The position numbers and the translations under genes are program-made. The notes beneath the pieces were generated by a model. That model saw nothing but the letters and a program-made list of their open reading frames with translations, did no database searches and had not been told where the DNA came from. From Raillietiella orientalis (lineage: Eukaryota): a stretch of 64,000 nucleotides of DNA. Below are positions 10,933 through 23,805 of the stretch, one piece after another. Position 1 is the stretch's first letter, and every line of letters starts with the position of its first letter. Where the stretch lies: positions 62,001 through 126,000 of the forward strand of contig JAYWIR010000097.1 in NCBI GenBank assembly GCA_036172245.1, written 5' to 3'.

Positions 10933-13900
10933 ACACAAGTTTTGTCAGGCGCGCCCGGTAGACGAGCACGCGTTGGTTTCGCAGCGTTTTTTGCGCTGTC
11001 GCAACGAGTCGCAAAGTGACGTCACGGCGACCGGGCTGTGCCTTCCCTATCGGCAGGGAAGCGTCCCTGCGTTTTCTTTCCTTTTTCGGTGGAAGACCCG
11101 ACGGCCTGCGTTTTCCTGCTTTCTGGACTCAACAACGTAACCCGTTGTTTGAAGCACTTGGTTGAGGGGCTGTTGCCAGCGCATCGCAAAGCCGCGTCTC
11201 CAGTTTTTCCCCAGTTCCGACAAGCGGTGGGGCGAATTCATTCAGCGACGACAGCAAAGGGATGACTGCAGCAACGTCAACAAATCGGGCTCATCCGCGG
11301 TCACGCCTCATCTGTGGACTCTCACAGTCCGCTGCTTTGCACACACGGTGCCCTTTTGGATGCCACCATCGGGGTTGTTTCCTTTGGATACGTCACCGAG
11401 GGCCGGAGGGCAGTTCACTCGCTTGGGCACGCCCGCTATCTTCTTCACGATGTAGCGGTACGACCGTGCAGGTATTCTGCCCACGGCTTCTTATCCCTAT
11501 TTTCCTCTGGATTACTCCTTTCACTATGGTCATCGCCGGTGTCGTTGTTCCGGTGTTTCGCAGTTTCGTCCTCCTTATCACTACACTGGTGATGCTCAAC
11601 AGGGAGATGATACTTCGCACCATGGGATTGTACCTGAGAACAGTCCGGACGTCACACTGTAGCTGGACTTTTTTTTTTTGAACATTTGCCCGCATCCGAG
11701 GCCCTGTGGCTGCTGCGGTCTCCACGCGTGGCACCACCAAGAGTACCGGGTTCGAATACTCCGAACTGAATCGACTCGGTGAGTCACGGGTTCGAGTTCC
11801 TCCCGCGAGATGACACTGGTTGGCCTCTGTTCATCCGGGTGCTGCACTGGTAGCGGCAGAAACCGGATGCCCCCGATGAGGAGCGGCACAATGGGTGTGG
11901 ACCTTCGGGTCCTTCCAGGAATCAAGCAGTGAGGGGTTTTCCCTCCGGTTGTGCAACAGAAAGCTCACCCTCCCAGCGTGCGGGACCCCTCTGGTTCATT
12001 CAGATGGAGTAAGTGTGTAGAGAGTGCAGAGAAGCGACCCGATCCTTTCGGGGAAGCAGCGCCCTTCTGAATTTCGGAAGCGTCCCTTAGGGGTTCTCTT
12101 CAGAGGAGCAAACAGGGGCGGTTCCCCTGCGGGTTCTCTCCGGAGAAGAAATTCCTACTAGTGAATCCTTGCCGGGTTCCCTCCGGAGAAGAAAACATGG
12201 AACGGACTCCCACGGAGGTCCCTCCTGAGAGAATAAAGAAGAGGAGGTTCCTTCCGAGGTTTCCCTTCAGAGACAACCAGGTTGGAGCGGTTCCCTTCAG
12301 GGATCTCTCCCCAGGCGTGAGAGGAACGGACTCCGAGCCCTTCCTGGATTCATAGGGCGGACCTTTCCCGGGGTGCCCCCTATCCTGAAGCATTACACGC
12401 ACCCTCAGGTGGCGTGGAACAGGGTCAAGGAGCTGCGAAAACAGAGAAGACAGAAAAGAAGGATTTCCATCATCCGCTGAAACGTTCATTTTGGTGGCCC
12501 CCTGCAGACCAATCCCCGCCTTCAGCGTGCTCCAGTCCCGGCCCAGCGGTCGGGCAGGTGAAAGCTGGGTATTCCTGGTGCCACACGCCTTGCAGAACTC
12601 GATGTTTCCAGTACAGTGTCTTGTCCTGCTACCACTCAGGATGCCTCCATGGTAAAACAAGAGGAGGTCATCGGGAGCGTCTGGCGGTAGGTCGCTCTTG
12701 AAGGCTGTACTTCCAGCCGCTTGCAAGTTCACCATGCGCGTCCCGTAGCGGTTCGCAGCCATGGCGAGGACGTCTTCTGGGCTGTTCATTGCGTGGCGGC
12801 TTTGGTCGCCAGCCGTATCTCCGGTTTATTCTTTTCGGAATGTTCAAAGCTTAGCTAGTTCTGGGCAACTCCGTATCCTCAGAGGAAGCAGATCAATAAT
12901 TTTCCGTACATTTCCACGTAAACGTCCACGTCTCATTGGATGGAGCGATGAAACCATCGCTCCATCAGTGATATGAAGGGGGAAGGGGGGGGTCAAAATA
13001 GATTCCTGTGTCCGAAACTCAGCTGAAATCATTGTCTTTCTCAAAACACACGCAAAAAAAAAGGGATCATACAAAATGCCAACTTTTTTCAAAGGAAGGA
13101 TTTTCGTTTGAAATTCGCTGACTGCTCCCCCCTTTGGTTCATTTCCGGAGATTCTGCAAATGAATCTTCGACCGTTCTCTGCTTTTCGGTTTCTTATGTT
13201 CGCCTGCATGCTAAATAAGAAATCCTGCTGTTCGACATGTTGTCTTATGAATTTTTTTTAGCATTTCCCAGTATCGTAAGTCACGTGTCAAGTAAGAAAC
13301 AGCATGGAATAAATTCCGTGTAAGGAAGAGCCTGGATACTTCGATAAAAGCTCATCGCTGTGCTCACTCAAGGCAACGCATGGTACCCACGAGTATGCGA
13401 GTCACATGAGCTCGATACAGCTCGCTCACGAAAATCCAATACTCCTTACATTGGAAAGGGAACAGCGGGAACCCATCGTGAATCATGCAAGGACTTGTTT
13501 AACCGAAGGGTGTCAAATTTCACAGGATATGAGCTTTTCAGTAAGCTGCAAGGTTTAAGACAAAGGGAGGAAATTGAGTACTTTGCTGAAGGAACCTTTT
13601 TTTCATTCCGGAATTGCAAATACAAATTGCCCAATTGGTATAAAGAGTGCCATCGAAAATGTCATAAGGGAGGAATTTGGAAGATGCATGCTGGTGCTTC
13701 TTTTATACGTCATACTCAGCATCAACTGTTTTCCCAATCCAGCTAGCGGCATGGTGATTTACTTCAAACTCAAAGTCAACAGTCAAAGTAAAAAGACAAA
13801 AACAAAAGAAAAAGCAGTTTTCACACAATGACCACACCAAACCAGTTACCCGCATCTTTCTAAGCTTCCCTAAATTAGGTGCGTGTCCTTCCTATTGTTC

Positions 13901-15386
13901 GGACAGTTTCTGGAATTCCATGCGGTAATCTTCCCACAGTTTTGGGTATGCCTATCTTTCCCTGGAGCAGTCCCATCTTGATCCCAATTTATGCTACCAG
14001 CTGCGTTTTCCTTTTTTCAGTTCTGCCCGTTTGGTCGCCGCGCTGCCGGTGAAGAAGCCAATTGCCGTCCTCATCATTGGATCGTTCACATGGAGTTATT
14101 GCTCAAAGAGCCCGCTCAGTACCTTCGGTCCTGGTTTTGTCCTCTGGATTTCAGGCTTCCTTGGTGATTTTCCAGTCTTTTTTCATGGTTCGACAGGCAA
14201 ACAGGTGGTGGTGCAGTGTTTCCTTGCTTCCACGGTTGGCAATGCTAGTCGAGAGGATTCCTTGTCCGGACACTTAGCCTGCGGCCAGTCTGCGGACTGT
14301 TGTAATAAAAAACAAAAAATAAGCAGTTCATCGTTCATCTTCGGCGGCAGATTGGACTTTCACATCCTTATTCCTGCTTCGGGTCTGACTCTGTGGAATC
14401 GGAAGGCTACTCGTGATGTTGCTAGGGTTTTTCTTGAGCATTCCTGGGTTCTGCGATATCCTTCTCACTAATTTTATTCCAGCTCGTGTTTCTACCCTGT
14501 GCTCGCGTGACCCCTTTCTTTATGTCTACACTTTCATGCACAGAGAAGTGGCTGGAGAAGTGAAGCACTCTAATGTGAGCCATCTGGGAATGCGAGCGAT
14601 CCGCTCAAGGTGGCAGCTCCCACCAAGTGTGGTTGTACAAGTGGCAAAAGACACCTGAGGATTCGCATCACGCAGAGGACGCGTGAAATGTGAACTGAGG
14701 TGTGCGCTCCCTTCAAAGGGTTGAAGGAAACCTATTAACATGACGACGATTGGTCCTTAATGTTTCTTTGAGCATGTGTCTTCATCTGAGAAGTGAAGTT
14801 CCATGTCACGACCATCTACAGAATCAGAAACTGCGTACACGAATCAGGACAACCGAGTGGTCAGGATACATCGGTCGGACAACCGAAATTCGACGCATTG
14901 CTGTCCTTTCTACACGGGCCAACAACGACACTGACCTTCTAGAAGCACCTGAGACCTGAGGAATTCCAGGATCGAGGAAACCACTTGGCCGCTGGTCGGT
15001 GCCTAAACTAGCTGATCCCTCAACCCCAAGTGCTCACCCCAAAAGGGCTGTTCCGCTCGGCGGACTCTCTGGAATTCCTCCGGAAGACTTGATCCCTCCT
15101 TGAACGAATCGCATTTCATTCTCTTCCCCCTAAAGTGTCAGCAGTTGAGAATGCTTATGTCGCAGTGGGGCTTTGCGTACAACACTTGCCCGGCACCGTA
15201 GACGACCAAAGCGTCTATTTTCCAAGAAGCAAAATGAAGAAAAAGGGGAAGGATTAAAATCCTTCTAGACTTTACGAGTTCAGGAAGACCAGGCTCTGCC
15301 ATCGAATTGCACAAGAAAACAGAAATAGATAATTGAAAGGATGGACAATAAATAACGAATAAATAATAAGGGAAAGAAGGGAAGTT

Positions 15387-15742
15387 CAATTGGCATAGCA
15401 GCAAGTTCTAATTGACTTAGAACAAATATTAATCCGTCGTGAAAAGGACGAAGCAGCATTACAGACTGAAAGAACACATCTCAAACAGCAGACAGCAAAA
15501 ATTCAACAACAAAGGTGGGAGAAGGAAGTCTTGAGACAGCACTTTCAACTAGTAGAGCAAGGAAGTGACAACATTTAGAATAAATTTCTCAATGCTATCA
15601 ATGATATGCAGCAAAAAAGCAGCTTGAAAGCTATGCTAGTTGAACAACAAGTACATCAGGATCTGAAAGTAAAAGAACTGCAGATGCAGGAAATCATAGT
15701 CAACTCTGTCAGATCCAATGCAGGCTCAAGAAATTAGGAACA
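15387..15742 (+). pseudogene. GAS8: Partial duplicate of GAS8 (corresponds to about 20707-21070)
   Basis: Direct nucleotide match, e.g. acacatctcaaacagca...aaaaattcaacaacaaa and aataaatttctcaatgctatcaat...gcagcaaaaaagcagcttgaaagctatgcta. Has in-frame TAG substitutions (cag>tag, tac>tag) and small indels. Confidence 0.9.
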
Positions 15743-16943
15743 AGCTTTGATATGTATTTACATCTACAGCTGCTTCTGTAGCCTGCGTGCGATCCAGGCA
15801 GTCCTCCACTACTCGTTACCATAGGTAAGAGGTTTAACTACATGTCTCATTGCTGAGGATAGGTGAAATGATGGCGCGACTCCTGTGTGTACTAGGAAGC
15901 CACTAGACTCCTGTGTGTACTACGATCCTCCTGATGAAATACAATGCTGCCATCGGGGAGGCGTACGAAAGATCCGTCATGAGTGAAGTAGTACTGCAAC
16001 AGCTCCTTCGAAATGTCTTGAGGGCGAAGCAGGGCATCCCAGAGATGCTCCAAACTCTCTGAAGGGCCATCACAGTTTAGAAGCAAGCTAGAAAGTGTTT
16101 CCATTTCCCCGCTTCTAACACAGCTCGGGGAGAGAGACTCCTGCTCACCTAGCAGTGTCGACACGAATTGCACGGAAGTCCCGATGCACGAACAGCATAA
16201 TCACACGAGGGAGAGCACGAGGGTGTCTAGACAGAAAAGCGGGGATCTCGATTTCCGAAAGTGGAATGTTCGGGTCTTCCGCCCAGCAGAGCAGTCCTTT
16301 CGCGTGGGCACTGGATGTCGCTGCGTTCGGCCAGCTGATACGTCGGCTGCTCATCTAGTAGTTCCGTCACACCTACTGCGTAGAAAGAAATCTCCCACCT
16401 TTCCGGTTGGTAATTGTTTTTCCTCCCTCAAAGAGAAGCCAAACCTACGATTGCAAGGGTGACGGCAGCCAAGTCCCACTTTCTGTCCTGCCTCACACGC
16501 TCCAAGGAGACTGCTATCAGATTGTGTATGGGACAAATCAGATATTTTTTTGTTTTTGGCAAAATCTTGCGTCGCATAAATCCGAGTGCCCCTGCCTCCT
16601 GCCTCCATGTGTCATAGTTTACGTGGCGGCAACCATCCTCATTAGGAACCCCTCAGCAGGAACCACAAAAGGCTTCATCTTGAATTAGCTCTGCAGCCCC
16701 ATCTTTCTTGACGTGAGGATTGCCGAGACCAGCATCCCTTCTTAGGGCAGCAAAGTCTTCTAGAAGAGTCTTTGGTCTCCAAGTGCCCAAACTGCTTTTC
16801 GCATGAGTCTTACGTCTCAACTCATGTAGCGGATGCATATGAAAAGGGGATCAAAGGAGGGAGAGACGAAAGTGTTCCGAATGAAAGCCTTTAAATTCAT
16901 ATACATATCTGCTTCCACGGATAACTAAACAGTCTTACCACAT

Positions 16944-17252
16944 TTGTGTTACCAACAAGGTAACTATGCAAAGAAGAACTGGTGCTTCGCCCTCAACAAT
17001 TACACCGAAGAAGAGTTCCAAGCAATCCAAAAACGGTTACGAGTTGAAGCATCCTTCGCCATGATTGGCAAAGAAACAGGAGAATCCAACACAGCTCACC
17101 TGCAGGGATACTCCCAAATGCATCAACCCAGAACAATACTTCTGAAAACAACTCCCTTTTCATGAGCCCACCTTGGATCAGCCAAAGGTACAGCTATAGC
17201 CAACATTCAGTACTTTCAGAAACAAGACTCCCCACTTCCTTGGACATTTGGA
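16944..17252 (+). mobile_element. rep: Endogenous CRESS-DNA virus (circovirus-like) Rep, HUH endonuclease domain, disrupted
   Basis: KNWCFALNNYTEEE (motif I, FTLNN type) and IGKETGESNTAHLQGY (motif II, xHLQG). After an in-frame TGA (17163-17165, probably from CGA) it continues AHLGSAKGTAIANIQYFQK (motif III, YCxK type, 17211-17222). No SF3 helicase Walker motifs recognised downstream. Confidence 0.85.
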
Positions 17253-19824
17253 TCCTTTGCTGATCATAACGACGAACCATACGAAACAAAGGTAAAAAAA
17301 AAAGTTGAAAGAATATTGCTACATATTTTTCGCAGATTACGAACATATAAAACAAGGGAAAAATTAAAAATGGATCCCCGAAAACCACAACAGATTCTAT
17401 GCACGAAAAATCAACTCTTTGAGGAATGCATCCGCTTCCAAAGAGCATCAAGAATCTAAGACCAAGCAAGTAGAAATTGAAAATTTTTAGGAATGAAGCC
17501 AATTCCATCCCTACCTTCTGGAGGCAACCTGACAAGATCCTCCAGGGCAGAAGCCCAGGAAGGTCACAAACACGGCAAGATATCTTCACAAACTGCCCAC
17601 GGGGATTCCCGAAAGGATCCAATCTGACAGTTCTGCCTATGCTGTACCGACAAGAACGACCTCCGACTTTGTCCTGTTCGTGCTATATCATCTGCCCGGC
17701 ATGACATCTGTATGAATTCCCCCAGCAACGCCGCCGAGATTGGCATGGAGAGCAGGAGAAGGAGGCCTTTATCATTTAGCAATAATCACGTCTCCGTTTC
17801 TGTCCTCGACTGCGATAGTCCCCTTGAGCAAAGGAGGGCATCGGCGAAAGCCAACACGGCCGCCGTGCAAGAACATCGGGATGCAAATTCGAAGATGCTG
17901 TACAGCATGGGACTCAAGCTTGTCACCTTGCTTGATCTCCCTCTGATCTACTTTTCTGTAGAGGGAAAGCCGGAACGGAAGATTTTCCAACAGAGCTTAC
18001 TACAGAAAAAGAAAAGCTCCAGAAGAGATGCAAGAATCTGAGGTTCTCTGAGGGAAAACTTCGAGAGTGAAGTTTTTCACGTTACTTGAGAAAATTGAGG
18101 GATCCTCCAGGAGCTCAACTACGGAAAAAATAAATAAATAGATAGACGAATCGTAAGTACAAAATCTTTATCGGATCAACTGACGAAGTCAGAAGATCCA
18201 TTACTAAATGAGCAAGTGCTCACTGCAGGATCCACATTACAGAAGGGCACCGTACTAATACATTTGAGTATACCTCTGTTATTGGTGCTTCATTATCGGG
18301 AGATACCATCTTCCCAAACGATCCTACGCCGTTCAAGAACGATGAAGTCTTCGCAATCCTGATCAAAGTAGAGAAATCCTGAAGGAGTTACCCTCACCGA
18401 GTAGGAACTCTACACTCCAAAGCATTCTCTCGCGTCTTTAACATCCTCCTGATGATGAAAGAGGGTTCCATAATGATGGAGACACTTCAGAACTATCCTA
18501 CTACCGAAAACATCTCATTTGCAACGAAATTTCAAGGTGGAGCATCATTTTCACCTACGACTCCATAGATCGTCTGCATGCGAAATGCGCTGATGGTTAT
18601 GTCGATGAAGTTGGTTAGACTAGCGATGCAGTTTTCCCGTTGGTGTCCCTTTCATGTTTTGACCAATCCGCATAAATCGATATCCTTGAATGTTAAGATT
18701 TGCACGGGATTTACTTTAAGGAATTACTATGCATTGGTATCAAGCAGTGATTCTTGCTTCCACAGTTAGATCGGATGTCATGTAGCAATCGATTTATTTT
18801 CAATGACTCATTGCTTTACCTCTTGCTTATCAGCATCGGACACGCTACGTTCACTTTATTGTATTCTATTTGGTGCCTACTTTACAGAATATGGTGTTCT
18901 CTTTTACATAAATTCGCGCCGCTTTTATGATCCAATAAAATTCTGAAATACTGCTCTAAAAGCTTTGATGTTTACTTACAGAAATCGTAAATATAAATGC
19001 CCTTTTCAGTGAAACGATTATAGCTGTTTATAACAAGGATAAATCAAGAACACGTGTTTTTCGATTTTCGAATGTCATCAATGTTACATCACATCATCAG
19101 TTTTCAGCAATACAATCCAAGCAGATATTATACAAAAGTATTTTTGCGCTTGAATATTAGACATTTCCTGTACAACAAAGAGGTAACTCCCACGGACGGA
19201 ATCTTCCACAATGATTTCATTCGCATACACTCGTTTTTATGATGTATCAAACACTCCATTGCTAACGTTGCCCCTTTAAGTAAAATTTTTTGCATAGCCT
19301 TTGGCGTAGAAGTAATTTCCCAAATGTCTTTTGATAAAGAAAGATAATTTGAAGATTTTCCGTAATAGGAGACAGCCATCAAGAAAGCTTCTACATACTC
19401 AATATGGAGTAAACAACAGAAAAAGGCATTCAGTCAAGTGGAAAACATCCTCGCTATTATTTTGTTTTTAATTGCTGATTAAGTAACTAATCATGAGGTA
19501 ATTTTTACATTTCAAGGCATGCCTTTTACATTTGGTTGATGTTTCATCCATTGGAACTGGCAACAGTGGACTGTTTACTTTTCACGCAATGCAGTGTGGT
19601 AACAATAGTCTTCCGATCCTAATTCATGCAGTTGTAGAAATATTCCGAAATCTTCAGAATGCAGAAAATTTCCTTGATTTTGAGGCAATACTGCATCCAG
19701 ACTTCGTAGAACGTGATGTTGCCATACGCATTCGAATAGACCCACCTCTGCTCCCATCAGCTTAACGTACCCATACCAGTATCATGTCGTCAACTTCCAT
19801 TCCGTCAGCCCCCCTTAATTAAGC

Positions 19825-21285
19825 ATGCCACCCAAATTAAAGAAAACCGAAAAAAGGCTTCCAAAAACAACCAAGAAGAAGTCTAAAGAAGTGCCGCAAC
19901 TTGCAACTGTCGATGCAGTACCCATAACTGAGATGCCCAGGGAGTTGCTGGAATCCCATGTGATTCAACTAAGGAAAGAACTGGAAAGAGAACGTGAAGA
20001 AAGAAATTATTTTCAAGTGGAACGAGATAAGCTATTAAATTTTTGGGAAATAAGTCAAAAGCAATTAGAAGATGAAAAAGCAGCTTTACTGGCCAGTGAA
20101 AACAAATGCGAGGTACAAGAGGGATCCCACCAATCGGAGCTCGATGTTTATAAACAAAAAGTGAAACACATGATGTATGAGCATAAGATAGCATTAGGAG
20201 AGGCCCTTGGGGAGGCAAACAATCAGCTAGCTACACAGGAAGGCCAGTTTCACACTTTAGAAACAGAACTACATGATGCCATTGATGAAGCTGAATTACA
20301 AATAAGAGAAACTGTTCTACAACAACAAGATCATGTGCAACAACTGCAAAGAGATCATGCAAAGAAACTGCATGAAGTATATGAACAAGCAGAATTACAC
20401 GAATCAGAGTTACAGCAGCTATGGGAGGAACGGCTAAGAGAAACTACAGAGAGATTGGATCTGCAGCACCGGACGGAAATTCATCAACTGGAGGAGCGTA
20501 AAAATCAGCAATTACGCCAGCTGACTGAGAGCCACGACCACTCCTTCATGCAGATGAAGACCTATTATAATGACATTACAGCCAGCAATTTGGCTTTGAT
20601 TAGTTCACTGAAGGAGCAAAATGAAGCCTTGAAAAGCCACATTGATCGAATAGAGAAAGATCTCAAGTTCTTGCAGAAGGAGAATCGGCAGTTGCAAGAA
20701 CCACTGCAATTGGCACAGCAGCAAGTGGTTGAGTTACAACAAAGATTAATGAGTCATGAAAGGGACAAAACAGCACTACAGACTGCAAGGACACATCTCA
20801 AACAGCAAGCAGCAAAAATTCAACAACAAAAGTGGGAGAAAGAAGTCTTGTGTCAACACTTTCAACTATTAGAGCAAGAACGTGATAACATTTACAATAA
20901 ATTTCTCAATGCTATCAATAATATGCAGCAAAAAAGCAGCTTGAAAGCTATGCTAATTGAAAAGCAACTACAACAAGTACACCAGGATCTGGAAGTAAAA
21001 GAAATGCAGATGCAGGGAATCATAGACAACTCTCTGTCAGATCCAAGGCAGGATCAAGAAATTAAGAACAGATTAGAACAATTAATGGACAATAAAAACA
21101 TGGTCATCCAGGAACTGAGGCTGCAATTAGCTGAAGCTTGTAAAGCCCACAATGACTTGCTCCGTATATTTCAGGCTCAATTAAAAGCTCATAACATCCC
21201 CCAAGAAGATCTAGGTTTGAGACCATTGCACTTTGCAGAGGATCAACTGCTTGGTCAGAGTCCCATAAAACTTTCAATGCCCTGA
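19825..21285 (+). CDS. GAS8: Growth arrest-specific 8 / dynein regulatory complex subunit 4, single exon, 486 aa
   Basis: MPPK-basic N-terminus, ELEREREERNYFQVERDK, YKQKVKHMMYEH, EIHQLEERKN, MKTYYNDITASNLALISSLKE, ACKAHNDLL, DLGLRPL; coiled-coil composition. Confidence 0.95.
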   Translation: MPPKLKKTEKRLPKTTKKKSKEVPQLATVDAVPITEMPRELLESHVIQLRKELEREREERNYFQVERDKLLNFWEISQKQLEDEKAALLASENKCEVQEGSHQSELDVYKQKVKHMMYEHKIALGEALGEANNQLATQEGQFHTLETELHDAIDEAELQIRETVLQQQDHVQQLQRDHAKKLHEVYEQAELHESELQQLWEERLRETTERLDLQHRTEIHQLEERKNQQLRQLTESHDHSFMQMKTYYNDITASNLALISSLKEQNEALKSHIDRIEKDLKFLQKENRQLQEPLQLAQQQVVELQQRLMSHERDKTALQTARTHLKQQAAKIQQQKWEKEVLCQHFQLLEQERDNIYNKFLNAINNMQQKSSLKAMLIEKQLQQVHQDLEVKEMQMQGIIDNSLSDPRQDQEIKNRLEQLMDNKNMVIQELRLQLAEACKAHNDLLRIFQAQLKAHNIPQEDLGLRPLHFAEDQLLGQSPIKLSMP

Positions 21286-21303
21286 GATTCTTTGCAACTC
21301 AGC

Positions 21304-22033
21304 TCATTCAGCTAATTTAATGTCCTCTTCAGTTAATTTTGCTAGACAGCAACCCAAAGGTGGAAAATGAGTCTTCTGGATACCAACTCGGTTTTTATTT
21401 TCTTCTGCATATCGACGGTTTTTCCATGCTCGATAATATGTACGTGGAAACATGGGCAAGTATCCCATCAGACCTACATATTGTACTGGTGAAAAGTGCA
21501 TTCTTTTGAACATTTCTGTAACACTGAATTAGACAAGGAAATTTTCACTGAATTACTTTAATCCTTAAATTTCAGTAGTCAAATTCATCAAATGTGAAAG
21601 CACCATTAATATGGAAATCATTTAATATAAGTACTCTGAAATTTTATGACATTCATGCATTACGTACCTAATAACTCAAGAACAGGGTCTGAAACTTTAG
21701 ATCCTGCTCCTAGCCAAAAGTTGAATCTTTCTAAATTAATGGCAACAAGCTTTTCATTATGAATGTTTGGCATTGGATCAAATGAACCAATTTGTTCTAT
21801 CACTGGTCCAATGACTGGAATGCGGCTCTAGAAATTTGTTTTGTTTTTTTATTGGGCAATCGATGCATAATTGCAATTAATAACTAAAATTACCACAGAA
21901 AGATTCATACCTCCATAACTGAAATGTGGTAGAAAGGTCGGTTGCAGCAGCCATGCCTGACTAAGCGGATGGCAGTTCTCATACCTTTTGTGTAAGTTGC
22001 AGGCCCAAGGGCACTTATAATAGGCACAACCAT
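21304..22033 (-). CDS. MRPS16: Mitochondrial ribosomal protein S16; exons 22033-21911, 21827-21668, 21473-21304
   Basis: Spliced product contains IRLVRHGCCNRPFYHISV, VIEQIGSFDPMPNIHNEKLVAINLERFNFWLGAG, ELLGLMGYLPMFPRTYYRAWKNR; GT-AG introns are in phase. Confidence 0.93.
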
Positions 22034-23765
22034 TCTACTGTAGCTAGCTCCCCCAAATCATACAAATACCAAAGTGGATTTGAACCACAAATTACACATA
22101 TATTTTATGTATATTATATATTTCAATGCTAATTGCAATAAAATATTGCTCTAAAATAACACATGGCTTTGCTACATCTGAAAATTTTACAAACCATAGC
22201 AATCAAGCATATCACGGGAAACCAATCAACAAACGCAACAAATTTTGATTTCATCTCAAGTTAGTTTCTTACAAATGATTTTCAAACCCGTGCTGCTGTT
22301 GTGCTGGGTATTGACGATAACATTTGGGATAAATGATGTCACTCAAGCACCGTTCTTTCTATGTTTAAATTAACAATCTGCATGCGCTACATGACAGTAC
22401 AAATCAAAAAACAAAAAATCATAGTCCACCAATTATTATGGTTATGGTGGATCCATTGCTGCTACTGCCATCTCAATCACCCCAATTTTATGAATAAGAA
22501 ATATTAGGAAATTCACGAACTCGATGGTTTTTACTATGGTACTTTTGGGTTTTACTTTTTGTGAATGGTAGAGTAAAAACTACACATTATAATATATTTA
22601 TTAACTGGTCATATGGTCACGTAGTAACTGACACACACAACGAATGCATGGAAATTCATAGGAGTATTTCAAAGATTACAACGTGGTTAATGCATGCCGT
22701 ATTCCACTGACTGCCATTAACATTTTAACACTTTTGATGTAAGTCTTCATAATTCGGTAACCGATACACGGGCATTTTTGGAAGACACTTCATGAAACAC
22801 GAACACATCTCATGAAATATTTTCCTTCAAGTTTCACAAAACCATACAATATTCCCATTAAAGGAAAATAATAAAAGGTTTGTTCATTACTGTAGTCCAA
22901 TCGCAATCGAATTGCACAGGTCGGCTAGTGGCCAATAACAAATACAATTAAAACTAGCTCTCGTGTGACATGCTTTGTTCCACATCTGGAAGAATTCACA
23001 AAAAACATTCCATAAGCTCGTAAGACTTCCAGTGTGTAACCTTTTTTTCTTTTTTTTTTCTTCAAAATTTACATTTCTCATGTAAAGTTCATACGATAAA
23101 CATCAAACTCCACAGGCTTTCAATGTTCATGATGGAAATAAGACTTGGGATGACATCTGCGTGTAGTCCCCAGAATTCCTGGGGAGACAGGGTGCTCAAA
23201 AATAATTTTTCATGCATTATTTTGTTGTATTAAAAATTCAAACGCAAAAAAAATAAATAAATCACGAGTGAAAAGTGTATCGGTTGTTTCTGTTGTACCT
23301 ACAGAAGTATACTTAGTGTAATAAAATAATATACCAAGGTGACAAATACTTCGATTCAAATAGGATTTCAAATGTATTTTAAGATACGGGCATTTATAAT
23401 ATTATTTCGAATATTATTTTATATATGTTAAAATATATAAAATTTTTAACACCATCAGTTTAGTGGGTCTTTTATATATTTCGAATTCTAGCTTATGAGA
23501 TTAGAATTCAATTATAAACCAGAAGAATGGCAATTTTCCACATTTTAGAATTGAACTAAATCTGAAATTCACATTTTATTTTCTTAATCTGCTCACAGTT
23601 TTTAGAATTAACTCAAGCAGCTTGAAGAAAGTTTGGAATCATGCTAGTTTTCTTTACTCAGTTGTGAGTCAAGTGGAAATTTGGAATGAGAAACAACAAA
23701 ATTAAAAGGAAACGAGAGGTACAGTTTGAAGTAGAGGTTTAATTAACTAGGATATTAGTTAATAG

Positions 23766-23805
23766 ATATCACAGAATTATTGGTTAATTAATAATTCTGT
23801 GATAT
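23766..23805. repeat. Perfect 16-bp inverted repeat (8-nt loop)
   Basis: ATATCACAGAATTATT-ggttaatt-AATAATTCTGTGATAT. Confidence 0.85.
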
